Source: Marsupella aquatica (lineage: Eukaryota; Plantae; Marchantiophyta). Taken from it: 64,000 nt of DNA. Both the position numbers and the translations under genes were made by a program. The notes beneath the pieces are model-generated. The model made no database searches. It saw nothing but the letters and a program-made list of their open reading frames with translations, and was not told where the DNA came from. Where the stretch lies: contig OZ316893.1 in assembly GCA_973895155.1 (NCBI GenBank), positions 17,304,770-17,368,769 on the forward strand. Direction: 5' to 3'. Shown here piece after piece: positions 32,763 to 46,282 of the stretch; the stretch's first letter is position 1; each line of letters begins with the position of its first letter.

Positions 32763-33814
32763 TGCAATGCAGTACATTAGTTAGAAATGATGAAAATTTT
32801 ATAAATTTTGAACTTTTTCTAACTCAAAGGTGCAGTATAGTTACCTTTTGTAGCAATTTAGATCAACTAAACACTTTACCTAATGCTATGCTTCATCGGA
32901 GGCTATTGCCTATATTGAACAAGGATTGACAATATGAATCCTTGCTCTTTGCATGCTATCAAGAAGGAAGACTGGAGGAGCTGAGCGGAACTGGCGGAAC
33001 TGACGAGCTGTGTGTTCTCTGATCACGTTTCTGGGTTCGGGATTGCCGTTGTGGCTCGATCCTTCTGAAATGAACTGTTGTTTACCTCCTGTGTGGAGGA
33101 CCGATTGCTATCCTCGGAACCAAAGATGGACTCTGGAGGCATTCTAATGACGTAGTTCGAGAGTTTTTGATTACATTAGGGTCTACAAGTGTCTTACGCC
33201 GCTACATCAAGTTATCAGGGGTCTAGAAGTTTTTGTGGCTTGGGGTTTCCCGCAGGGTGTGGCAAATCATCAGGAAGGCTATGCACGACGCGACTTCGCC
33301 CTCTTGGATTTGTGCCTTGGGTGCGACAACGGACTTCCATTTGGAGTGAAGAGAAGGAACGCTGCTGGAGCGTGCTGGGTAAATAGAATGGAGCTGGGGA
33401 GAATTATTTGCCTCTCTGGATCCCGCAGAGTTCTCTGAACGCCGCTTATCCTTGATTCACAAGCTTGCACAAAGAATGATCATTGGCTCTAATCGGTGCT
33501 TTTGGTTACACTTATGAGAATTTTGGTTTAGCAGCCCATTGAAGCGGGTGGTTGTTGAGTCAAGATTTGCTGCATGGCACTGTAGATAGATTGCCCTCCC
33601 TGATGTGGGTCGCGCCCTTTCTTTTTTTGACGCAGCGTGGATTGACTCTCTTGTAGGCAGGTGAGCCCGCTTTTATCATTCTCTTTGTCTGCTTCACGAA
33701 ACTTTTCTAGCTCTTAGTGTTGAAGGCGCATCCCACCCGCAGGACTACAAGCTTTACTTCGCGGATATCTCTGGCTCCCTGCTTTAATTTAGGACACTTT
33801 ACAATCAAGTGACC

Positions 33815-36800
33815 ATGGATCCTAAATTGGTAGGATCGATGGCTAGCTATCGGAGAGAACCTATTAGTGGTGGTCGAGGGGACCTTTTGAGAAACCCGGC
33901 CCTCAGGCGAGATGCGGAGGGCGGGGCTGGCCACTGGTCCAATGTGGACCCTTTTCTCTCTGAGACGGGGACTCAACGTCGGGGACCTGCTCCTCGGCAC
34001 TTGGACGGAAATGCTGCTGCCTTTTCTCACCAGGATGTGAGATCAGAGATTTCTGAGGGGAGACCAACAAGTAGTAATGTGAACTCTGCATCCACTTCTA
34101 ATGCGAAACAAAGCTGGTTTGGTCTGCGTCCCTCTGGTACCAATGCTGATGGATTTTCACGCTGGGCTGCTCCGACCCTGACTGAGAATGCAGTGATGGA
34201 CTCTTTGGAGGGGCGGGGCAAAGCCGACTTTGGAGATTTCTTCCACGATGACATTGGAGAAAGAGATGGGGAGGACATGGCAATTGACCATTCGGCTGGC
34301 AAGGACACTCCTCGCTTGCCTGCTCCGACTACCCTTGCTGGTGGACCCTCTACGGCGGGACCCTCTGAACATTCACGATTTGTTGCTCAGGTACGAGCTG
34401 AAGAAGCTGAAGCCTGCGTTCCAATCCTGAGGAGGATTGCTGACCTCTCGGTGCAGGATTGGCCTTCCAAACTCCATACTACTATCTCTTGGTCCTTAGA
34501 AGAGGTTGCCGATACCGTGAAAGAGCTCTTCAATTGTTCTATGATGTGCTACTTTACAGACAGGACTCCGATGCTACCCACCTTTAAATTCTGGGTCACT
34601 AATACCTTTGAGAAGGAACTACTGTGGCCTGTTACCCAAGTGAAATTCGTGGGGAAAAATTTCTATATGGTTGTCTTTCAGCATCCGGAACATCGTGACC
34701 TGGCGCTGGCTGGTGCCCCTGGTTCCTGGACCGTAAATTTGTTTTCTCTTTTCCTTGGGATCCATCTTTCGATGTGCGGAATGAATCTTATACGGTGCTC
34801 CCTGTATGGATCGAAATACCTTTTAGAGCCCTGGTGCTTGAACCTTGTCGAAGGAAGCTGGCTTCTTCCCTCGGTGACATTCTTCACTACATTCAGGGCG
34901 ACATGCTGAGCTCCTACCCACATGATCGGGCGTGTATACTCTGGGATACCCAGAGGGAGGTGCCTTGGAGTGTTGAGGTGCAGATCAAGGCGGGTCTTTC
35001 AATTTGGCAGCCAGTTGTTTTCAAGAACATTCCTTTTCACTGTTTCCGGTGCCAAAAGAAGGGGCACCTTGCACGGGATTGCCGTCTGCACGAGACTCCT
35101 GCTGCTGATGCCGTGGAGGAGGCAGTGCTGGTCCCGTCCAATCCTAATGGTACTGACCCTGCCTCTCAACATAAATTGGTTTCTGAGAAGATCTCCAAGG
35201 ACAAGGGATTGGAAGCTGATACCTCTCATCTCCAGATTCCTAATGATGCCTGTAAGTAGTGGGTAATTCCAAAAGCATGAAGAAACTGAAAATTTTTAAA
35301 TTTTCTACGGTGTTTAGACTGCAATTATTGCTAACTGTAACTAAAACAGCATTCAAAGTTACTAAGTTCCTAAGTTACGAGTAAACTCAGTTTACGAGTT
35401 TACTAGTTCACTGCTTTACGAGTTACACCTTAAGATTTGGCGACTCTGTGATCGTGACATCTTACAACTAGTTCAACGGGACTCCACAACGGATGAAGAG
35501 CTCACCTTGAAAGGGAAGGAATGCAAGACATAGGCGCTCATTACTGACTTCTCTTCCACCTTACCTCTCAAACTCTGCCCAGCTTCAACCGGTATTTCAG
35601 AGATGTCAAATGGAGACTTCGACCCTTCTATTCCAGGATGATGAATAGTGATGAGTTTCTGCATCACTATCCCCAAGTATATGCTGCCACCTGCAACAAC
35701 TATGATGTACTAGGGATATACAGAGAAGCTCTTCGTATAGATTCATGTTATTTGATGAAGAGAATGCCTTTGATGTACCCTGAGAGACAACTGAGGTGCC
35801 TACCATACTCCAGAGGATCCCCACGCCAAGCTAAGCTGATAGAGGTTACCCAGAACCGAATTGTTACCCTTGTGGAGTTACTAGAACCAGAGGACATCCG
35901 ACAGCAAGCTTGAAGAAGTCTCTAAGTGTTCTTAGTTAGTTTTTAGAGTAGTGCATCTTATCTGATTTTTAGAAATGTGTTCTAGAGCTTTAGAAGCTGT
36001 CATACTTCTTTAGGCTGTAGTCTGTACCTAGGAAACCCTACTGGAAAAATTTCAGAGTTTTCCGAACCAGGAGTAGAAAGTTAAAAATAGTTGAATCTAC
36101 TCAATTTTTAGTATACTGAAATTAAGAGTTTAAGAGTTTAAGTTTTTACGTTTTTAAGAGTTTAAGTTTTTAAGAGTTTAAGAGTTCATACTTAGCCATT
36201 ATTTTTTCCGGCTTTCCACTTATTGAATCGTCGTTTTGACTTTTTGAGGGTTATGAAGAGGCATGTCTCTTCGACCCTGTGACCTCTTATTCTGTAGTTC
36301 ATCACTATTTATACCTCTTCCCCTAGTGTAGAGAGATGGTTAAGTTCTGCATTTTTGCCTCCCTTTTGTTAAGTCTATTGATTCTGAACCTACGAGTTCT
36401 AAATCAGACTTAATAATTGGAGAGACTTACCTCCTTCTTGTATTTTGGAACCCAAATACTTGAAGTAAAACCTCAGTTATGAATCTCGTGAATTATAATG
36501 TCAGATTCCGCTTTGGTGACACATTGTAATCTCACAAGTTCTTAGAGTTAACTCATTGAGTTTAAGTTGCATTGGAAATGATGTTTTCACCTTCATGTTG
36601 CTTAGTACCATCTAAATGCTGAAGTATTTATCCTTTTAGATCTTGACTAAGTATCACTTAGGAAGAAAGGTCAAGACATGTTGCCGGCATTTTAAAAGGA
36701 TACTCTAGTATGCAGTTTAGATCTGAAAAGCCGTGTGGATTTGGATTCCCTTTAAAGTCATTCCATTATTACTTATGTCTAAGGAGTAACCTTGGTCTAT

Positions 36801-37836
36801 TCCAGACTCCCTTAAGCATACTCTGAGAGATTTTTCCTTGTGTTTTGTTAATTGCAATCTTTTGCTTAATTGAAGGTTATCTGATGTTGAGTTATCATCA
36901 AAAACTACTCACCGCTGTGGAGCGATCTTCAAAGTACCTGATTAAAGTAGTCAAGATTGATTACTATGTGTGACACAAGAGCTTAAAGCTTTGTTTTTAG
37001 TTTATTACATCAAACCAACCCCATCTTGTTCTTAAAGGGAACGAATACCGAGTTTGGAGACTTTAAAATGTGATTTTTGGTTCTCTATGGCAAACTACAA
37101 TGCCTCTACCTCTGATCCACGTCCGGGCCCCTGTGATCCACCTGACAATGAGGTAGTGCTTTTCGGGACTGCTCCTCTGCAAGCTGGACCTGCCCACCCA
37201 GTGGTGGTCACCCGCGCAATTGATGAATCATCTGTCGCACTTGGGCTGGATGTGACTGCTACCCAATTTCTGTCAGATCCAGATGAAATACCTAGAGTAC
37301 TACACGAATTACAACAGCTGAGCAATGATGCCCCCCCTGCGCTCCTGGAGGCTTCAGATGGGACTGATATCGAACCTTTGGCGTTGGCCCTGGTGATACT
37401 ACCTGAGACTCGCTTTGAACCTGATAAGGGAGTCTCCGATGACATGGAAGAAGGTGACGAGGAACTCTCAGCTTCTGATATACCCTCTGACATGGAGTTA
37501 TCAGAATACGAGGGATTCATTTCACGCACTGCGATAAAGAAGGACCGGGCCAGGAAGCTGGCTCGGCGCTCACCACCTGATGAAAAAAAGAAAGAGAATG
37601 GCAAGAAGAAAGCAAAAAATCAACGTTCCTTACAGTTCCCCTCCGGATCTCATGTGCAGGATGCTGAAGGATGGGTGACGCCTGGACGCAGGCTCTCCAG
37701 GGAGATGAAAAAGAAATCAATGGGGTCTCCTCTGGGTTCTGTGGATCCTCAACCGTCTACGACACTGCCCTACTCCCCCCATATTGTGCACATCCCTGTC
37801 GGTCCTTCGCGGGACTCAGTGGGTGGAGGACTCTAA
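33815..37836 (+). pseudogene. LINE ORF1 (DUF4283-like plus CCHC knuckle), frameshifted and split by solo LTR E
   Basis: QVKFVGKNFYMVVF...FSFPWDPSF...LPVWIEIP...CFRCQKKGHLARDC. In frame across 35251-37104 (IPNDA|STSDPRPG). Frameshift at ~34720. Confidence 0.88.
35251..37099 (+). mobile_element. Solo LTR E (1849 bp)
   Basis: TGTA...TACA termini, TSD ATGCC (35246-35250, 37100-37104). TATA-like CTATTTATA at ~36305. Contains a short decayed ORF at ~35460-35913. Confidence 0.88.
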
Positions 37837-37897
37837 CAGCCTACGGTGCTTTCTCCCCCTTGTTCGGGATCTCCTGTGGGGGAGGGAGGATAGGTTG

Positions 37898-40800
37898 ATG
37901 AAGGTTTTTCGTTTTGCCTCGTGGAATGTATGTGGTTTATGTGACCCCAACCGCAAACTTGTGGTGGTCAAATGGATTTCTTCCCTGCGCACTCCTCTTG
38001 ATGCCCTTGCGCTGCAAGAAGTTAAAGCTGATGGTTTTCGTCTGGATACTGCTCTCAGAACTATTTTGCCTTCCTACCATCACCTTTACTCTGCTCCTGA
38101 GGATGGTCGGGGAGGGGTGGCCCTCCTCCTTCATCCTTCTTTTACTATTACTTCTACTGGCTTGCTTGATAAAGGCCGTGCTGTTTGGGCTCTGCTGGCG
38201 CATGCAGAAGGGAATTTTGGTTTTTTATCAGTGTATGCACCGAATAATACTGGGGAACAGACCTTGCTGTGGAATGATCTTCGGGATGAACTCCCTTGCA
38301 ACCGTTGGGTTGTTTGTGGGGATTTCAACATGACCGAATTTCGCTGTGACTCCACGGGCGTTTCACCTCTACTCGCTGGACGGGAATTAGAGTTTTGGAG
38401 GTTTCTGAAGACCTGCCTCGACTTACAAGATGCAATTACCATTCTGAACGAGGTGACAGGTTCCAGGTTCACTTGGCGCAGGGTGCGCAATGGTATACTT
38501 CTTCAGTCCCGCCTTGATCGGTTTTACTTTAGTGAGAAAGGCAGATGGACTAACGAGATTGTTGATCTCACTCATGACAGGATTTCTGCATTGTCTGACC
38601 ATGATCCAGTGATTATTTCTTTCCGAATGGGTTCCATTGCATTGGTTGAATCACAAAGGCGACGAGGCACATACTTTAAGGCTAATCCGACTGTGCTCAG
38701 GGACTCCGCAAATCTGGAACGACTTAAATTGGCATGGATAGACGGAACTGAGGATGTTGTTGACCCCCACCTGAAATTAGATCGGGCCTTCCATAGGTTT
38801 CGTGTCTGCTTCATGGATCTTCAGTCCTTGAAACGACCTCAAGCGGTCGAATTGGCTGAACTTAAAGAAAAGCTACGACTTCTTAAGATTTCCATCATGG
38901 ATGACTACTCTGTAGACAGCATCAGGGATTTCTCCTATACCGAAGACTGTGTTCGGACGTTGGAGCTAGCGGAGGCACATCACAACCGCAGGCTCTCCCG
39001 GATTAAATGGCTTGGCCAAGGGGACGAGCCTTCTAAGTTTTATTTCTCCTTAGTGAAAGCTAAACGTCAGAGGGAGAAAATGGAGGTGCTACTAATAGAA
39101 GGCGGTGAGATGATTCTGGAGGAAACACTAATTGTAGAGGAAGTGCAGAGATACTGCGAGGAATTATATTCTCTGCCTGAGATGAGTGCAGCACTCGTGA
39201 GCGAGAGGATTGCTGCCCGCAGGAGACTGAGCAGCCACACTCATTTTGCCCCTTCTGCGGTTGAGATCCGGAAACTTGCAGCTCTTCCATCCATACAGGA
39301 ATTACATGAAACATTGATGCTGCTGCCCGCTGACAAAGCCCCAGGAGTGGATGGGTTGACAGCCGAGGTTTTCAACTGCTGTTGGGAATTTATGAAGGTT
39401 GATATTCATAATATGGTCTGTGAGTTTTGGCGGACTGGAGAACTGGCACATTGCATCAAAGAAGGGGTGATTCGATTCATCCCCAAGAAAACTGACAAGA
39501 GGAAACTGAGCGATTGGCGACCTTTAACTATGCTGACCACTATGTACAAAATCTTGGCTAAACTGCTGGCTGTGAGACTGAAGGTGCTTCTCCCTAAGAT
39601 AATCAATCCTCAGCAGACAGGATTTATCCCAGGTCGCCATATCTTAGAAAACATTTCCCTTACTTGGTTAATGAACGACTGGCTGAGCTACACTGGAACT
39701 CCTGCTCTCTTCCTTAAACTTGATTTTGAAAAGGCTTTTGATTGAGTGGACCACTCGTACATCTGGGACACGATGCACCTTCTGGGACTTGGCCCACATT
39801 TTATCTTCTTAGTTAAATCGCTCCTTAGTAATGCAAGCTCTAAGGTTCTCGTCAATGGGCTATGGACTGCTGATGTGCGGATGCTTCGGGGTGTGCGACA
39901 GGGCTGCCCCTTGTCCCCCCTTCTCTTTGCCATTTCGACACAACCGTTGATGGATTTTTTCAGTGCAGAAATCATTGCTGGCAGGCTCCAAGGCATCCAG
40001 GTCTCTCAGTTTCTGAATATTTGCTTTCGACTTTTTGCGGATGATTTAGGACTTTTTATCCCTGCTACAGAAGTAGCTTTCAATCAAGCCCAGGATGCTA
40101 TCCATTGCTATGAGATGGCTACGGGAGCTAAGCTCAATCTGAAGAAATCTGTTGTTATTCCTTTTTTTGTTGATGTGATCCCAGACTGGTTGAAGGACAC
40201 TGGGTGTTTTATTAGTGAACCCGGCGTGGTGCAGAAGTACTTGGGTGCACCCTTCGGGAATGGATTAGCGGAGAGCCAACTCCATTGCTTCTGTCTCGAT
40301 CGTATTGGGGCTAGGCTCTCTTCATGGTCTACACGTTTCTTATCATTTACTGGCAGATTGCTCCTGGTGAAACATGTCCTCCAGGCCATTCCGGTATACC
40401 ACATGATGTTCCTGCGGTCACCGAAGGTTTTGACCAAGAAACTGATTGCTCTGAGCAGAATCTTTCTATGGGGCACTAATGTGCTGGGGGGCAGGCGTGT
40501 CCCGTTGGTGGCATGGGAGAAGCTTACTCGTCCCAAGCTGGTTGGGGGCCTTGGTCTGAAAGAGTTCTGAAGCCATTCGGATGCTCTTCTGAGCAAGTGG
40601 TTCACTGAGGCTCTTGACCATCCGTCATCTGAATGGGCTTCTCTGTATGCTGAGAATCTCACTCTAATCAAATGGAGGAACTACAAGACGATCCACAGGA
40701 ATAGGTACTCTATGTCGGACAAGATGCTGCTTAGCACCCCACGTTCTTTTGGGAAATTCATTTATACTGGTCAACTGTGGGCTGCTTGGGAACTTGTGCG

Positions 40801-41818
40801 AGCCAACCTTATTTTTATTCCGGGAGTTTCTGCTATCCCTGGTCACTGGGGTATGGAGGATCTGCTACGTCGTATGATTGGCTTTTATGATCTCCCTGAG
40901 TCTAACATACTTGCGATAGTTAAGATCTGCGGTCGTCTGGGATCCCGTACTGTTGCGGATCTATGGTCTCAAGCTGACAGGGAATGGAAACCCGTGACTG
41001 ATCTTGTCGTACGGTTTAGGGGATTTTCCTGGGAAGTGAAGCAGGGGACACTTGCTTTTATCCGGGCTATTCACCTATCTGTTTTCCGGGGATGTGCTTT
41101 TGACTCAATGGCTAGGCAATGGAGATGGTTAGATAAGGACACTGTTCCCCATTGCTTTGAGCTATCTAACAGCCGGGTGTATGAAATGCTCCGCCCCAAG
41201 GGCTCTAATTTCTGCTGGCTCAACCGGATCTGGAATGAAACACTGACTGAGGCTGCCTGGTGTAGAGTTTGGACAGTGGTGTGGACGGCTGACCTCTCTA
41301 CTAAGGCTAAAACTTTTGTATGGAGGATATTGGCACAAGGACTTTTCTCTGGTTCCAGGGCGTTGAGGATGTCTAAATCAGATGGAACTTGTACTCTGTG
41401 TGTGGACACTGTGGAAACTATCCCCCACATTTTCCTTTACTGCAGACATGCGATCTGCTGTTGGAGGGTGATCCGAGGCTGGCTGCTTGGTGCTTTAGAC
41501 CTTGGCCTTTTGTCTATCGTTGGTTTGCTTCACTCCAATACGGGGAAGGGACCTCTGACTACACTACGTCTTTTCCTATTGTATCAATCCCTATGGTGCT
41601 TATGGCTTGCACGGAACTCTCAGACTTTTGATCGATCCAAGTTGAGGGTGTTCGATCAACTGTTGATCTTCTCAGAGACCCTTGATCACCTGAATGCAGT
41701 AGCCGCATCCTCAGTCCTGGGCAAGAAGCATAGAAGACTTACTCAAGCTATCTCGATCTTAACTGTAGAACAGAATAGAATTCTCCGGAGTGGTGTACGT
41801 CGCACTGTTACTCACTGA
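37898..41818 (+). pseudogene. LINE ORF2 (APE endonuclease, RT, zf-RVT) with two in-frame TGA stops
   Basis: SWNVCGL, LQEVK, GDFN, SRLDRFY, SDHDP; KAPGVDG, WRPLT, KLDFEKAFD*V, GVRQGCPLSP, LFADD, KYLG; CTLC...ETIPHIFLYC. Stops at 39743 and 40568. Confidence 0.95.
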
Positions 41819-42464
41819 CTTGTGTTCTTTTTGGAGATGCAGCATATGAGATGGTTAACTAGGAATTGCTCTATGATTGATAGTATACTGTAGGTCAGAG
41901 GTTTCTTCATAGTAAAAGGGATTTTACTAGGATAATCTAAGCACTGCTGGATCCCACTCTGTGAAGTATCTAGTCTGATCACTGAGCTATGTTGCTCGGT
42001 TACTCTGTTGGGAATCCCTTGGCTTGTATACTGCTTTGTTGTTGCTGCGGCATAGCTCTGTTTTTTTGTTTCTTTCCGCCCTGGATGGCCTGCCGCCTTT
42101 TGGCCTGCTTGGTTCCCCCATCCGTGGGGTTCACGCGGAATAAAAATTAAATTAAAATTAAAAAAGAAAAAAAGAAAAAAAGAAGGAAGACTGGACATCA
42201 TTGGAGAAGCAATGCATACTAGAAGATTCAAGAACCGGACTCCAAAACACTCTTCGACAAAAATGAGCTCAGTGTGCATTTATCAAGATCAACCGATCTC
42301 AGCTATTTTAGTTAAATAGTTATCACGGTCAGAAAACTCTTAAACTTTTTTAGCAGGTAGCTATTACTTAGTAGAATCATCCCTAAAAGTTTCATCTCAA
42401 ACCGACATGTGGTTTGAAAGTTAGAATTATTTTAGTTTTACTATTTTTAGCATAGCCGCGACTT

Positions 42465-43150
42465 TACCGATGCTTTCAAAAGCGTCACTTGTATTTTGGA
42501 CGCTTTGTGAAGCATCCACCCAAGACCACGACGCTTTGAGAAGCGTCCACATGAGAAGCGACGCCTTGAGAAGCGTTTGTCCGTGTTTGACGACAAAGGA
42601 GAGCCTACGCTTTTGGAAGCGTTCGCCAAGTATCAACACCTGACAGAAGCATCCGCTACCCCAAAGGCGACATCGACACTGACGGTGACTGAAGCGTCCG
42701 CCACAGGCCCCGACGCTTTGCAAGGCCGCCCACCCGAAGGCCAGAGACGGACGCTGTGACCAAAACCTCAAATTTCAGCCGACGCTTTGAAAAGCGTCCA
42801 CAAAAGTCCTTTGTAGTTTTGGACGCTTCGTGAAGCGTCCACCAAAATCCCGGTACTTAGAAAAAATTTGGTTTTCCGCTTTTTATAACACTTCAACACT
42901 TTTACTGATTTATTTGAAGCACTTACAGATCTCAGAAAAGTCTGAGACTTTTCCAGCATAGAGATTATACGTAGTTGAGTACCTTGAAAGCATTTCACCT
43001 CATTCCAACTTTTAGTTTAGAAGTAAAAATTCTGACAAGATCACTGTTTGTTAGTTTTACAACAACCACCGACGCTTTGCAAAGTGTCCGCTCAAACCTC
43101 GACGCTTTGAGTAGCGTCCACTGCATTTCCGACACTTCCAGCGACGCTCA
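42465..43150. repeat. Array of palindromic GACGCTT-N4-AAGCGTC units with variable spacers (inside solo LTR D)
   Basis: About a dozen degenerate copies, e.g. GACGCTTTGAGAAGCGTC, GACGCTTTGAAAAGCGTC and GGACGCTTCGTGAAGCGTCC, often about 30 bp apart. Confidence 0.85.
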
Positions 43151-43992
43151 ATTTTAGCATTTTTCTACTTTTCCACTTTTCAAGGTTGACCGTCTTTAAG
43201 TTTTATTTAGGACCCTTCAAATATGAAAGGGCATATCCTTTCAGTATCTCAGTCTCCTTGGGTTCCTGCTAGCCTATATGAAGTAGAATTTGTGTCATTT
43301 TCAAGTGTGAAGAAATAAAGTAGTGCCTGTGGCATGTGCTGCAGCATTGAAATAACCTTTGCTTGCAAATGCAAAAGGAATTCTTCTCCCTTCCTTGGTC
43401 TGAATGATTGAGAGACCATTGATAAAATTACTTGTATGAAGTTGAATCTCAGAAGTATGAGGGAAGAGATTCCTTAAGTGGTGACAACCCATCTTCTTGA
43501 GTTCTTGATGCATAGTTCTTGGCGTGACATTGCTTGTGCACGGGATGCAAAGATTGTTACTCACCAATTATTTATGACTTCAATTTGATGATGATGATGT
43601 TATTATTTGTGACTCAAAGTATCGATTGGATACCGAAGTGATTGATTACTAGTTTCTTCTGAGAGCCTTTGGAAGGAAAATTTGAAACTTGTTGACGGCA
43701 TTTTAGTAATCATCCTAGTACAGTAAACCTTTCCAAAAATGTTCTTGCGGATATGCCACCTAAATCACATCAAATGAAGTGTTGTTGAGAAGTTACCTTG
43801 GTGTTTTCTAGACTCTCTCATTATACCTCAAGATTTTCCTTGTGTTTTGTTAATTGTTTCCATTTGTTAATTTTATTTACAATGTTAAGCAAACATTTAA
43901 ATTTATGCCTTGTTAAGCAATCATAGTAAAAGGCTCAAACCTATGTTTTTGTTACCTTAGTCATTCATAAGTGTTAAATGTTAGAAAATCAT

Positions 43993-46189
43993 GAGATATG
44001 CAGACGACATGGGATTATTCATACCGGCATGTGAAGCAGACTTTCACGGCGCCAAAGGGGCACTTGCGTGTTATGAACTGGCTTTTGGAGCCAAGCTGAA
44101 TTTCCATAAGTCTACCATTATTCCATTGGCTATGGAGAGCATACCAGAGTGGCTCATTAGCACGGGCTGCAAGATCAGCAAGCGGGGTGAGATTCAACGA
44201 TATCTTGGTGCCCCGATGGGATGGGGTCCGCATTCAACACAGCTTCACACCTTCTGCCTGGACAAAATTGGTTCTCGACTCTCAACTTGGGCCAACAGGT
44301 TCCTTTCATTCACTGGACGCACCATCCTTGTCAAACATGTCTTACAGGCAATTCCCATTTACCACAATGTCATGATGTTTTTGCATTCTTTGAACAGCTT
44401 GGTCACCAAGTTAGTAGCACTCTGCAGGGACTTCCTCTGGGGAAACAATGCTGACGGCGGAAGAAAGGTGCCCCTTGTTGCCTGGAGAACACTGTCCAGG
44501 CCCAAGATTGATGGAGGTATAGGTCTGAAAGACTTCAGGGCTCACTCCGATGCCTTACTCTGCCAATGGTTTAACCAGGCTCTAGATCAGCCATCCTCTG
44601 AATGGGCCCAGTTGTTTGTAGCAAACCTCTGTCTGGCTAAATGGCGTAATGCCAAAATGATCAGGCGGAACAATTATTCCTTTACGGATCGACTCTTACT
44701 CTGCTACCCATGGGCTTTCAGTGGAATGAGCTACACTGGAAGTCTTTGGCACTCCTGGGAGACGCTACATACACATCTCATTTTCTCTCCTAGGGACACT
44801 GTAGTGGCAAAACGGTGGCGGGTGGAGGATGTGATCCGATGCATGGAGGATCTGCAAGATCTTGGGGAAGACACAATTTGTGCCATCAACAGGACTTGTG
44901 GCAGGATCGGGATCCGGGATATAGCAGATCTGAAAGCGCCTTCTCCAAGCAACTTTGCTTTTTATTCCAACAAACTAGCCAGAGTGCGTGGCTTGGATGA
45001 CAGGACTAAAGAATTGAGCTTGGGCTTCTTATGTAAAATCACATGCTTTACAGATCAAATGCGGTCAGGGCATATTTTTGCAGGGCAATGGCGGTGGTCG
45101 GACAAACCCGTTGCACTGAGGCGCTTTACACTACCTAATGCACGCATGTACCAGTTGCTCAGACCCAAAGGATCAGACTCCAGACGGCTAAACGGGATCT
45201 GGCATACTGCTCTCACGGAGCCGGAATGGAATAACCTATGGCTGTCACTATGGACTTAGGATTTACCTCTGAAATCCCGCACCTTTGTATGGAGGATACT
45301 TGCACAAGGTCTTTTCACATGCACGCGGGCTCTTAGAATCGGGAAGAGCAATGGTATGTGCCAAATCTGCTCTACGGAACTGGAATCTATCCCTCACCTC
45401 TTCTTTAAATATCAATTTGCACGTAAATGCTGGAGTTTGGTGTCTCAGTCTTTTCCTGGTATCATTCTCTGGCCTCCTGCGGATATTATGCAACTACTTG
45501 GTTCTTTCAAAGGACCCAGCTTTACGCACACAATTGTGGCCTTCATGGTCTATCAGGCCCTCTGGACTTTGTAGACTGCCAGAAATGAACAATTTTTCAA
45601 TCCCCTAATAAGACGCTCCTTCAATTTTAATCTAGTCCTCTCTGAGATGGCGGACAACATTCATGGGCTGTGTGAAACTTATGGCCCCTGCCGCAAGCAC
45701 ACAAGGCTCCTCCAGGCCAAGGAAGCTTTGCTCTGTGAGAGAAGGCGGTGGCTAGGAAGGAAGGATGCCTTTGCGACATGGTGATGCATCTTTTTCTCAC
45801 TAGGCACTTACTAGGGGAAGGCAGTGGCTCTATTAGGCTTAGAAGTGAGCTCTGGCTCTCTAGACCTGTTCATTCAGCTAGCGCTCTTCTATTTTGCCTA
45901 TACACTTTCTTGACAGCAACTCTTTAGATGGTAGTGGCCTTCCAATGTGGATCGGTTTGTGGTCCGGTGACTTACAAGGCCTTTAGATGTTAGATAGTTC
46001 TGCCCTGGCTTTGTCACTCCCACAAGCACTCATGTGCTTTGTGCTCCTTGCCAGCTCTGCCCCATGGGGCCTCGACTTTGGTTGCTTGGCCTTTTGGATG
46101 TTGTTTTGGCTGTTTTGGCCACCTTCCCGTGGGTTTTCGCGGGTTTTACTTGAAAAGGACCAAAAAAGTTCCAGATAAAAAAAATTTAA
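43993..46189 (+). mobile_element. 5'-truncated L1 LINE (related but distinct family)
   Basis: 17-bp TSD AAATGTTAGAAAATCAT (43976-43992, 46190-46206). Begins at RT motif RYADDMG. Collinear with the 3' half of the upstream LINE ORF2. A-rich tail. Confidence 0.93.
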
Positions 46190-46282
46190 AAATGTTAGAA
46201 AATCATTGCTTACTTGTTCTTCCATGGGATCGAATACCAAGTTTTGGGCATTAAATGCTGATTTGTGTCCTTAGTGCAATAC

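Larger units (their letters stand above)
32977..42179 (+). mobile_element. Full-length L1-clade LINE
   Basis: 16-bp TSD AAGAAGGAAGACTGGA (32961-32976, 42180-42195). ~0.8-kb 5' UTR, ORF1, ORF2 and an A-rich tail. Confidence 0.95.
32763..46278 (+). mobile_element. Solo LTR D (~2.1 kb: 32763-32976, 42196-43992, 46207-46278), hosting two LINE insertions
   Basis: TGCA...TGCA termini flanked by ATAC (4-5 bp duplication, boundary ambiguous by one base). The end motif CTTGTTCTT..GGGATCGAATACC and the block AGATTTTCCTTGTGTTTTGTTAATTG are shared with solo LTR E. Removal restores the Gypsy frame. Confidence 0.7.

Noticed and set aside
42465-43150. CRISPR-like repeat-spacer array
   Set aside because: The repeats are degenerate 18-mers with ~12-bp irregular spacers inside a eukaryotic LTR, with no cas genes or leader.
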